Positions 9,677 to 17,684 of a stretch of DNA of 64,000 bases are shown one piece after another (positions within the stretch are counted from its first letter, which is position 1; each line of letters opens with the position of its first letter). Location of the stretch: NCBI GenBank assembly GCA_964580715.1, contig CAZOKU010000002.1, positions 531 to 64,530 on the forward strand, written 5' to 3'. The translations under genes and the position numbers were made by a program. The DNA is from an uncultured Rhizobium sp. Its GTDB lineage: Bacteria; Pseudomonadota; Alphaproteobacteria; Rickettsiales; UBA1997. The notes beneath the pieces were generated by a model that ran no database searches, was not told the origin of the DNA, and was given only the letters and a program-made list of their open reading frames with translations.

Positions 9677-9680
9677 TTCT

Positions 9681-9722
9681 GACGCTGGGTGGAATTTGTA
9701 ATGCCGCCTTAAATATTTATGC
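9681..9722. repeat. Degenerate family-A palindromic element downstream of radA
   Basis: gacgctgggtggaatttgtaatgccgccttaaatatttatgc aligns with the copy at 47791 (tttgctgggcggaatttgcaattccgcccttctattcatgc). Confidence 0.6.
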
Positions 9723-9735
9723 AAACTAAAAACTT

Positions 9736-10056
9736 ATGAAAAAATTATTTTTTTTACTTTTCATTTCCATTTCCACCCAAACCTTCGCTCAAGAAAAAGA
9801 ATATCTAGTTCAAATCAAAGATCACCAATTTCAACCATCAGCGCTTGAAGTTCCTGCGAATGTCGAATTTAAATTAATCGTTGAAAATCTTGATAAAACC
9901 TTAGAAGAATTTGAAAGCAACGATCTAAAAAAAGAAAAACTTATTGGCGGAGGCAAAAAAATCACCATCAAAATCCAAGCACTAAAAACTGGCGAATATA
10001 AATTCTTCGGCGATTTTCACCAAAAAACTGCCCAAGGCAAAATTATTGTGAAATAA
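9736..10056 (+). CDS. Secreted cupredoxin-fold-like small protein
   Basis: 106 aa. Signal peptide MKKLFFLLFISISTQTFA. The pattern HQFQPSALEVPANVEFKLIVENLD...GEYKFFGDFH..AQGKIIV resembles cupredoxin_1-type domains, but the usual Cys copper ligand is not evident. Confidence 0.45.
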   Translation: MKKLFFLLFISISTQTFAQEKEYLVQIKDHQFQPSALEVPANVEFKLIVENLDKTLEEFESNDLKKEKLIGGGKKITIKIQALKTGEYKFFGDFHQKTAQGKIIVK

Positions 10057-10094
10057 TATAAAACCCCCAGCATCACTCTGGTTGCAGACATAGT

Positions 10095-10138
10095 CCAGTT
10101 GCTGTACGGAGTCTCGACTCCGTCCACACTTTCATATC
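10095..10138. repeat. Family-A palindromic element (variant core ACGGAGTC-TCG-GACTCCGT)
   Basis: ccagttgctgtacggagtctcgactccgtccacactttcatatc shares the GCTG...stem-loop...CAC..TTCAT(A/G)(T)C layout with the other copies. Confidence 0.75.
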
Positions 10139-10173
10139 CTAAAATAATTTTTTAGAAAAATTTATCTCAACCG

Positions 10174-11439
10174 CTAAACCCCCAGCATCACCAACTGATC
10201 AATCCTTACCACAACTCTCCTCGCAATATTTTCAGAACTTTCAATCACCTCAAAAGCACGCCCCGACATAGATTTTACCATATCAGTATCTTCAAAAAAC
10301 TTCTTAACCACCACAGCAATTTCTGCGCCAGAATCAAGCATCACACAAGCATTTTGCCGCTCTAACTTTTCATAAATTTCTTTAAAATTAAAAACTCCAC
10401 GACCAGAAATAACCGCACATCCAAGCTTAATTGGCTCGAATGGATTATGCCCACCAATTTCAAAAAGCGAACCTCCAATAAAAGAAAAATTACAAAGCGA
10501 ATAAAAAATTCCCATTTCGCCTAAAGTGTCAACCAAGTAAATTTCTGTAGAATCTTCAATCTTTCCTGCAACACTTCTTTGCGCAATTTTGAAATTTCTC
10601 AACAAAGCCTTAACTTCCTCTGCGCGATTTGGATGACGCAAAACTAAAATTGTTAATAAATCTGGAAATTCACTTTTTAACTTCTTATGCGCCGCAATCA
10701 CATATTCCTCTTCACCCTTGTGAGTGCTTGCTGCAAGCCACATTTTTCTTCCGCCAATTTGTGTTTTTATTTTTTCTAACTCATCAAAATTAACCGATAA
10801 ATTTCTTGCTTGCGACTTCAAATTTCCATAAAATAAAACTTCCTGCTTGGTCAATTTTGCAAATCGCTCTTTACTTTCAACCATCTGCACAAAAATCGCT
10901 GCAAAATAATCAAAAATATTAAAATTAATTTTCTTAGCAAAATGCCATTTTTTAAAAGATTTTTCTGACATTCTAGCATTCACTAAAAAACTTAAAATTC
11001 CACGATTGCGCGCTTCAAAAACAAGGTTTGGCCAAATTTCTGATTCAACAAAAATTGCCACTCTTGGCTTCCAAAAATCAAAAAAACTTTTAACGCAAAA
11101 ATATGAATCAATCGGCAAAAATTGATGCAAAACTCTGCCTTTAAATTCTGGCAATTTTTTATCTAAAATCGCTGCAGAAGTGAGAGTTGTAGTGGTAAAT
11201 AAAATCGTAATTTTTGGCGAAAAATTTAATAATTCTTCAATCAAAACCATCGCTGAATTTGCCTCACCAACACTCACGGCATGAAGCCAAACAATGTGAC
11301 CTTCTGGCCTCTTCACCGAAGACTTCCCCAGTCTTTCAAGAAAACGTTTTTTATCTTCTTTTTTATTAAGCAACCGCCAAAACAAATAAACCAACAAAAG
11401 CGGGTAAATAACAATCGAAATAATACGGTAAAAAATCAT
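10174..11439 (-). CDS. waaA: 3-deoxy-D-manno-octulosonic acid (Kdo) transferase WaaA/KdtA
   Basis: 421 aa. N-terminal membrane anchor, VWLHAVSVGE motif, and a glycosyltransferase N/C layout (GGSL...GGHNPFEP). Confidence 0.85.
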   Translation of the reverse strand: MIFYRIISIVIYPLLLVYLFWRLLNKKEDKKRFLERLGKSSVKRPEGHIVWLHAVSVGEANSAMVLIEELLNFSPKITILFTTTTLTSAAILDKKLPEFKGRVLHQFLPIDSYFCVKSFFDFWKPRVAIFVESEIWPNLVFEARNRGILSFLVNARMSEKSFKKWHFAKKINFNIFDYFAAIFVQMVESKERFAKLTKQEVLFYGNLKSQARNLSVNFDELEKIKTQIGGRKMWLAASTHKGEEEYVIAAHKKLKSEFPDLLTILVLRHPNRAEEVKALLRNFKIAQRSVAGKIEDSTEIYLVDTLGEMGIFYSLCNFSFIGGSLFEIGGHNPFEPIKLGCAVISGRGVFNFKEIYEKLERQNACVMLDSGAEIAVVVKKFFEDTDMVKSMSGRAFEVIESSENIARRVVVRIDQLVMLGV

Positions 11440-11448
11440 GATATAAAT

Positions 11449-12870
11449 TTAAAAACCTCCAGCAGATTTAATAAAAAATCGCTTCAAAGGCCCGATTTTG
11501 TTCACCAAACCAAGCCCAACATCACGCATGGTTTTAAGAGAAAAACTCTTGGTTTCAAAAATAGAATTCAAAACATCAGTTGCAATCAGCATTTTTCTTG
11601 CCCCAATTTTTGCTTTTTTATTGTAAGAATCAATTACACTTTGCGCCGAAATATCAAATCCACAAAATAAATTTTCTCTAATTAATTCTTGCAAAATTTT
11701 AATTCCTGAAATTGCTAAATTAAAACCTTGCCCCGCAATTGGGTGCACACCACAAGCGGCGTCTCCAATCAAAAGCATTTTTTTGTAATAAAAATCTTTC
11801 GCCTCAATTGCAATCAATGGATAGGAAAATTTTTCAGAAATAATTTTTATTTCTCCTAAAACATTTTCCATTTTTTTGCTTAACTGATGCGTGAAATTTT
11901 CTTCATCCAGCTTCAAAATTGCTTTCGCCTCCTCACTAGGAAAAATCCACACAATCGATGATTGATTATGATCTTTAAAAGGCAAAATCGCAAGTGGCCC
12001 ACCTGGCAAAAACTTTTCATGCGCAATATTTTGATGTGATTTTTCGTGAGAAATATTAAACACAATTGCAGTTTGATGATAGTTTTTTACAGTTGTTGGA
12101 ATTTGATATGTCTCGCGAAGCTTAGAAAACCTGCCATCACAAGCTAGGATTAGTTTTGATGATAAGGTTGTTTTGTTATCAAGTTTTATTTGGCATGAAC
12201 CTCCAGGCGGGATTGCAAATCCCGCCTGAGCAAGGATTCTTCCATCATCAAGTTTGATTTGGCGTGAACGTGAGGACTGGGTCAGAGACCCATTCCTGCT
12301 CAAGGTCTCACATTCAGGATCCTGTTGCACAACAGGATCTCTGACGGTGTCCTCACGTTCATTTTCCATCCGTTGCTGGACGGGGTTTGCAACCCCGTCC
12401 TCACGTTCATGCCTCTGCTGCAGGACTGGTTCTGTGACGGCGTCATCACGTTCATGCAAAAATTTAATCTCCTCATAAAAATTCGGACAAAAAACCGTAA
12501 CATTTTTCCGCTTCAAAACCTCATCCCGCAAAGCATTATGAATATGATAATTCTCAATAATCATCCCAAAATCCCCTTCCACTTCAGACCCAATAAAATC
12601 AAGGATAAACGGCGATTTTTGATCAGTAATTTTTATATCAGAAATCTTCCCCGCCTCTTTTTCAAGCCGCTCAAAAATTCCAATCTCTTCAAACAATTTC
12701 AAAGAAGCCGAAGATATCGCATAAGCCCTTCCATCGCGCTTGCGATCATGATTCAAAATATCTTGCCTTTCCACTATCGCAATTTTCAAATCATCAGAAA
12801 CCACAGCTAAAGCAAGAGCTGACGTCATCCCCGCAAATGATCCACCAATTATTATTATGTCAAAATTCAT
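11449..12870 (-). CDS. FAD-dependent ubiquinone-biosynthesis hydroxylase (UbiH/UbiF/COQ6 family) carrying an approximately 90-aa repeat-derived insertion
   Basis: 473 aa. FDIIIIGGSFAGMTSA dinucleotide-binding motif, ACDGRFSKLR, and GDAACGVHPIAGQGFNLA, the family signature. The internal stretch ERDDAVTEPVLQQRHEREDGVANPVQQRMENEREDTVRDPVVQQ...AQAGFAIPPGGSCQ is encoded by family-A elements. Confidence 0.85.
   Translation of the reverse strand: MNFDIIIIGGSFAGMTSALALAVVSDDLKIAIVERQDILNHDRKRDGRAYAISSASLKLFEEIGIFERLEKEAGKISDIKITDQKSPFILDFIGSEVEGDFGMIIENYHIHNALRDEVLKRKNVTVFCPNFYEEIKFLHERDDAVTEPVLQQRHEREDGVANPVQQRMENEREDTVRDPVVQQDPECETLSRNGSLTQSSRSRQIKLDDGRILAQAGFAIPPGGSCQIKLDNKTTLSSKLILACDGRFSKLRETYQIPTTVKNYHQTAIVFNISHEKSHQNIAHEKFLPGGPLAILPFKDHNQSSIVWIFPSEEAKAILKLDEENFTHQLSKKMENVLGEIKIISEKFSYPLIAIEAKDFYYKKMLLIGDAACGVHPIAGQGFNLAISGIKILQELIRENLFCGFDISAQSVIDSYNKKAKIGARKMLIATDVLNSIFETKSFSLKTMRDVGLGLVNKIGPLKRFFIKSAGGF
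12178..12458. repeat. Cluster of five family-A palindromic elements in mixed orientation, all in frame within the UbiH-family gene
   Basis: Copies at about 12194-12235 (catgaacctccaggcgggattgcaaatcccgcctgagcaagg), 12262-12305, 12306-12362, 12368-12412 (ccgttgctggacggggtttgcaaccccgtcctcacgttcatgcc) and 12413-12456. Flanking direct repeat atcaagttt(t/g)atttggc(a/g)tgaac at 12178-12200 and 12247-12269. Confidence 0.9.
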
Positions 12871-12895
12871 ATTAATTTCTTATCTTTTTTACTTT

Positions 12896-13267
12896 TCAAA
12901 AAATTATTTTAATTGGCTCAGCTTTCTTCGATGGAATTGATTGAATAAGACGAAAAATTGTTTCCAAATCACCAACATCCGTCAGCCTCAATTTACCATC
13001 TTCAGCAATCATTTTCAACTGGTGACAATTTGTCACCAGTTCACTTCCTTCCAGTTCTAGTCTTTCTTTAAGCTTATTCCAATATTTCCGCGCCTTCTGA
13101 AATTCATACTGCTCCGTCAAAGCAGCCACAACATCAACAATCGAAAAAAACCATTTCTGACTTTTTTCATCAAAATGACGACGAATTTTAAATTTTTCAA
13201 AAATAGCTGGAAGGCTAGTTTTGCTGGTGTTTTTCATATTAAATTTATTGTTATTATTAATCTTCAC
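12896..13267 (-). pseudogene. Truncated Bro-N-domain paralog (N-terminal domain only)
   Basis: 123 aa. FKIRRHFDEKSQKWFFSIVDVVAALT...LIQSIPSKKAEP parallels residues about 15-105 of the adjacent 286-aa protein (IRRTWYNEEWWFSVVDIVAALT...IIQSIPSSKAEP), then stops where the longer paralog continues with FKKWLAQVGYERI. Confidence 0.5.
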
Positions 13268-13275
13268 TAAATAAG

Positions 13276-14136
13276 TTAATTAATTTTCAATTTTTCCTTT
13301 TTATCAAAGGCAATATCCAAATAATTCTCCTTACTAATCACACTTCTTTTTAATTCCTTTTCAGTTGATTTTCGCGCACTGCCCGCAACCGCTCCGCCAC
13401 GCTTTGCAACTTTTTTACTTTTATTAAAATTATCTGGCTTTTCTTGTTTTGAAATTTCAGTGGTCACTTTCTCACCAAGCATCGTAAATATTAGCTCCAA
13501 GTCAGTCATGTTATCACGCAAATTGGCATTTGATTTGCTCGGAATATTTTTAAATTTTTTATATTCATTTGGCGTCATGCCAAATGTCGCTTTGGAAATT
13601 TCAGCAGTCAAAATTGCATAATCTTTTTCCGCCAAAATTCCTCTTTCTTTCCATTCATCAGTTAAATTTTGTCTTATCGCAATACCGCGCAATCTTTTAT
13701 CAATCCAATCTTTAGGATAACCTTTTTGCTCATAAAGCATTTTCATGCGCTGCTGTGCTAGCTCAGGATCTTCAATTTCCTTAATGCGCTCATAACCAAC
13801 TTGTGCAAGCCATTTTTTAAAGGGTTCTGCTTTTGATGATGGAATTGATTGAATAATACGAAAAGCACCTTCAACATTGGTGCAATTAATATTTTGAACT
13901 CCACCAATAGTTTGTATTGGAAGGGGGGTGGCAATTTGCCCCCACCCTTTTGATAATTCTTCATCCCTTCGACGCATATCTTTGATATATCCAGCAGGAT
14001 CAATAGAGTCTGTTAAAGCAGCAACAATATCAACCACACTAAACCACCATTCTTCATTATACCAAGTACGACGAATTTGTTTTTCTTTAAAAATTACTAA
14101 AGATTTTTCGTGGTTTAAGTTTTTTTTATTTTTCAT
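13276..14136 (-). CDS. Bro-N domain-containing protein (DinD / antirepressor-like family)
   Basis: 286 aa. Bro-N-like N-terminus (WWFSVVDIVAALT, IQSIPSSKAEPFKKWLAQVGYERIKEIEDPE) plus the conserved C-terminal part (LTDEWKERG..DYAILT.EI...GMTPNEYKKFK, LRDNMTDLEL). I recognise this widespread family from memory; it was not searched. Confidence 0.6.
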   Translation of the reverse strand: MKNKKNLNHEKSLVIFKEKQIRRTWYNEEWWFSVVDIVAALTDSIDPAGYIKDMRRRDEELSKGWGQIATPLPIQTIGGVQNINCTNVEGAFRIIQSIPSSKAEPFKKWLAQVGYERIKEIEDPELAQQRMKMLYEQKGYPKDWIDKRLRGIAIRQNLTDEWKERGILAEKDYAILTAEISKATFGMTPNEYKKFKNIPSKSNANLRDNMTDLELIFTMLGEKVTTEISKQEKPDNFNKSKKVAKRGGAVAGSARKSTEKELKRSVISKENYLDIAFDKKEKLKIN

Positions 14137-14163
14137 AAATATTGGTGTTTAGTTAATAATTTT

Positions 14164-15714
14164 TTAAATCATCTTTTTCGGATCAACCCACTTATCAAAA
14201 TCCTCCGCGCTAACCAGCCCTGTTGCTACAGCAGCTTGCTTCAAAGTCGTTCCTTCTTTATGCGCTTTTTTCGCAATTTTTGCCGCATTATCATAACCAA
14301 TATAAGGATTCAGCGCAGTTACCAACATCAAGGATTGTTCCAAAAGCTGTTTAATACGATCTTCATTCGCCACAATTCCAACCAAACATTGATCGATGAA
14401 GCTGTTGATGCCGTCAGACAATAAATTAATCGATTCAATCACATTTCTAATAATCATCGGCCGAAAAACATTTAATTCAAAATGTCCGTTGGATCCACCA
14501 AATGTTACAGCCACATGATTTCCCATCACCTGACAAGCAATCATAGTTAAAGCTTCGCATTGCGTTGGATTAACTTTTCCAGGCATAATCGAAGAACCGG
14601 GTTCATTTTCAGGAAGAGAAATTTCACCCAAACCAGAGCGCGGACCAGAAGCAAGAAAACGAATGTCATTAGCAATTTTCATAACAGAAGCTGCAAGTGA
14701 ATTCAAGCTTCCCGAAAGGTTTACTAATTCATCATTACAAGCTAAAGCAAAAAATTTATTTTTATTGCTATAAAAATTATTACCATATTCCAAACCAAGC
14801 TTATATAAATTTGAGTCTTTAACCTTCCAAACCCCATCAGACAAGGTTGTACGCCCCAAATCAAGGCTCAACAATTTATTATAAATCTTTTTTAAATCTG
14901 AAACTTCAGTAATTTTTTCTGCAAATTTTTCTGCAAATTTTGGATGACAGTTAAGGCCAGTACCAACTGCTGTGCCACCTTGTGCAAGATGAGTTACATA
15001 AGAAATTGCTTGAGAAACAAAAACTGCCGCAGATTGAATTTGCACTTTATAAGCCGAAAACTCTTGCCCCAAAGTTACAGGAGTTGCATCTTGCGTATGA
15101 GTTCGACCAATTTTTACAATATCAAAAAATTCTTTTTCTTTTTTCCCTAATTCATTAGCAAATCTAACCAAAGTCGGCAGCAATTTTTCATAAGCCAGCA
15201 ACACCGTTGCAACATGCATCGCTGTAGGAAATGTGTCATTTGAAGATTGCCCCAAATTCACATGATCATTCGGATGAACCGGCGATTTTCCGCCCTTAAC
15301 ACCATTAACTTTTTCATTCGCAACTGAAGCAATCACCTCATTCACATTCATGTTAGTTTGCGTTCCAGAGCCAGTCTGCCAAACCACCAAAGGAAAATGA
15401 TTTTCATAAAACCAATCAAACCGCGCTAAAATCACATCAACCGCATCAACAATTTTATCCGCTAAATCAGGCGTAAATTTTTTAAACTCATCAGATTTCG
15501 GATCTTCCTTCATCAATTCTTTATTCGCCAAAGCCGCCGCCTTTTTTACAAGCAACATCGCACGAATCACTTCCTTTGGCATTTTATGCCCCGCATTATC
15601 ACTGCAAATCGGAAAATTTTGCACAGATCTTTGCGTTTGCGCCGCATAATAAGCATCAGCAGGAACTTTAATTTCACCGAATGAATCAGTTTCAATACGA
15701 AAATTTTTAGTCAT
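14164..15714 (-). CDS. fumC: Class II fumarate hydratase FumC with lineage-specific insertions
   Basis: 516 aa. [17 protein letters not shown], the [16 protein letters not shown] signature and [15 protein letters not shown]. It is about 50 aa longer than typical FumC (about 460 aa). Confidence 0.95.
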   Translation of the reverse strand: MTKNFRIETDSFGEIKVPADAYYAAQTQRSVQNFPICSDNAGHKMPKEVIRAMLLVKKAAALANKELMKEDPKSDEFKKFTPDLADKIVDAVDVILARFDWFYENHFPLVVWQTGSGTQTNMNVNEVIASVANEKVNGVKGGKSPVHPNDHVNLGQSSNDTFPTAMHVATVLLAYEKLLPTLVRFANELGKKEKEFFDIVKIGRTHTQDATPVTLGQEFSAYKVQIQSAAVFVSQAISYVTHLAQGGTAVGTGLNCHPKFAEKFAEKITEVSDLKKIYNKLLSLDLGRTTLSDGVWKVKDSNLYKLGLEYGNNFYSNKNKFFALACNDELVNLSGSLNSLAASVMKIANDIRFLASGPRSGLGEISLPENEPGSSIMPGKVNPTQCEALTMIACQVMGNHVAVTFGGSNGHFELNVFRPMIIRNVIESINLLSDGINSFIDQCLVGIVANEDRIKQLLEQSLMLVTALNPYIGYDNAAKIAKKAHKEGTTLKQAAVATGLVSAEDFDKWVDPKKMI

Positions 15715-15729
15715 AATTTTTTATTTTAA

Positions 15730-16578
15730 TTAGAATTGAGAAAGAGCAATATTTAAAAATTCTTTTGCATCTAAACTGGCCTTTCCAACCAACAGCCCAG
15801 CAACTCCATCAGCTTTCAAAATTTCTCCAGAATTTGCAGAATTTACCGAACCACCATAAAGAACAAAAACTTCTTTTGCAAAGCCAGAAAAATTCTCTTC
15901 CACCAACTTTTTTATCGCCAAATTCATCTCAGAAATCTGCGCCAAGCTAGGAAGCACACCAGTTCCAATCGACCATATCGGTTCATAAGCAATAATCAAA
16001 CGATTAAATGCAACATTCTTTGGCACTGAATTTAAAACCTGCTTGCAAACAAATTCCAAATGATTTTGCGAATCTCTAACTTCTTTGCTTTCACCAACAC
16101 AAATTATCGGAGTCAAGCTTTTGCTCAGCGCCATCTGAACTTTTTTGCTTACAATTTCATCTGTTTCAAAATGATAACTTCTGCGCTCTGAATGCCCTAA
16201 AATCACATATTGGCAACCAACTTTATTCAACATGTCAGCGCTAATGTCTCCCGTAAATGAGCCATTATTTTCCGCACTACAATCTTGCCCACCAAGCTTT
16301 ATCGGCCTTTCATCAAGCACAATTCTAGTTAATTCTTCTTCAGAAAAATCTTCAAAATCTCTTTGCTCAGCTTTCAACAAAGCTTCAAAATTTTCAAAAC
16401 CATCATGCATCAATTCCGAATCAACATAATCAAGCAAAACCGTTGGCGGACAAAGAACCAGCTCAACATTTTCTAAACGCTCTTTATTATCCAAATAATC
16501 TTTTAAAAAACTATCAATCCAAGAATCCGCCTCATCAAATGAGTGATTCATCTTCCAATTTGCGACTATTATTTTCAT
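15730..16578 (-). CDS. tpiA: Triosephosphate isomerase with an approximately 35-aa insertion
   Basis: 282 aa. ANWKMN, ILGHSERR, AYEPIWSIGTG and LYGGSV. There is extra sequence between the CPP strand and KLGGQD. Confidence 0.9.
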   Translation of the reverse strand: MKIIVANWKMNHSFDEADSWIDSFLKDYLDNKERLENVELVLCPPTVLLDYVDSELMHDGFENFEALLKAEQRDFEDFSEEELTRIVLDERPIKLGGQDCSAENNGSFTGDISADMLNKVGCQYVILGHSERRSYHFETDEIVSKKVQMALSKSLTPIICVGESKEVRDSQNHLEFVCKQVLNSVPKNVAFNRLIIAYEPIWSIGTGVLPSLAQISEMNLAIKKLVEENFSGFAKEVFVLYGGSVNSANSGEILKADGVAGLLVGKASLDAKEFLNIALSQF

Positions 16579-17671
16579 AAGTATATTTTAAAATTATTTC
16601 TTTTAACTTATCGCCAAACAAACTGTGGCGCCATCCAAACACAGTTTCGTCAAATAAGTTTTGATTACAAATTATTTTTTTTAAATCAAAATTAGTAATC
16701 AAAAATTGCTCTTTAAAACCAATTTTATTAGCAGTTTTATTTATTAAATTTTTTGCGCTTTGATAACAAGCCTTTTGTCGATCATTATTAAGCAAAACCT
16801 CATTATTTTCAAAGAAAATTTCCTCCGAAGAAATCAAACTTTGAATTTCTTCTATCATCTCTTCTGAAAAATTTAAACCAGATAAATCGCAAGAAACAAC
16901 AATATCAGAAACCTTCTCATCACCAAGCAAATGACGTCTTGGAATATTAATTTTTTGCGCCCATTTTTCACGCCACAGCGCTAAATTTTTGATCTTTGAA
17001 ATTTCAAGCGGAGTTTTATCAACAAAATAAAAATTCTTAAAAATATTTTCTTCTTTTTTAAACAAACTTCGCGACACAAAACTGTTCATTTCTTCCAAAA
17101 ACCATTCCAACCTTTGCATTTCCTGTAATTTACCAAGAAAAATATTATAAATTTCCTCTAAAAAAACCACATCAAGCAAAGCATAATCAAGCTGACTTTT
17201 GCTTAAGGGACGCCTCTGCCAGTCGCTTCTCTGCTGTTTTTTATCCAACTTCTTATCAAACAAATTCTCCACCAAACTCGAATAACCAACATTAAAATCA
17301 AAACCACAAAAATTCGCCATCACTTGCGTGTCAAAAACATTGCACGGAGTTAATTCAGAATGATAATGAAAAATCTGCAAATCTTGTGCAGAAGAATGAA
17401 GAATTTTAACAATTTTAGGATTCGCAATTAATGAAAAAAACTCGCTCAAATCAAGCTTAGACAAACAATCAATAACAAAAGTTTTTTGCTTATTATCAGA
17501 ATCCTTAACCGCAACTTGAATCAGTGACAAAATCGGATAATAAGTTTTCTCCCGCGTAAATTCTGTATCAAGCGCAACAATTCCAGCCCTCTCAATCAAG
17601 GCCACAACATCCTTCAAAGCATCATCACTATTTACATAAAAATCTTTTACCACTTTTTTTAAAAACCACAT
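16535..17671 (-). CDS. rnd: Ribonuclease D
   Basis: 378 aa. DEDD exonuclease motifs ALDTEF, HSSAQDLQ and YALLDVVFL, followed by an HRDC-like region. Its 3' end overlaps the tpiA start by 44 nt. Confidence 0.85.
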   Translation of the reverse strand: MWFLKKVVKDFYVNSDDALKDVVALIERAGIVALDTEFTREKTYYPILSLIQVAVKDSDNKQKTFVIDCLSKLDLSEFFSLIANPKIVKILHSSAQDLQIFHYHSELTPCNVFDTQVMANFCGFDFNVGYSSLVENLFDKKLDKKQQRSDWQRRPLSKSQLDYALLDVVFLEEIYNIFLGKLQEMQRLEWFLEEMNSFVSRSLFKKEENIFKNFYFVDKTPLEISKIKNLALWREKWAQKINIPRRHLLGDEKVSDIVVSCDLSGLNFSEEMIEEIQSLISSEEIFFENNEVLLNNDRQKACYQSAKNLINKTANKIGFKEQFLITNFDLKKIICNQNLFDETVFGWRHSLFGDKLKEIILKYTYENNSRKLEDESLI

Positions 17672-17684
17672 TTAAATAGTTTGA

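Noticed and set aside
12178-12458. Possible CRISPR array, because of closely spaced repeats
   Set aside because: The repeats are in mixed orientation, abut one another without uniform spacers, are internally palindromic, lie inside an open reading frame and recur singly across the window. No cas genes are present.
12254-12810. Plus-strand ORFs 12254-12478 (74 aa) and 12325-12810 (161 aa), and minus-strand ORF 12300-12503 (67 aa)
   Set aside because: They lie antisense to, or out of frame within, the well-supported UbiH-family CDS. They are kept open by the palindromic repeats, which read similarly on both strands. Their sequences are low-complexity with no motifs.
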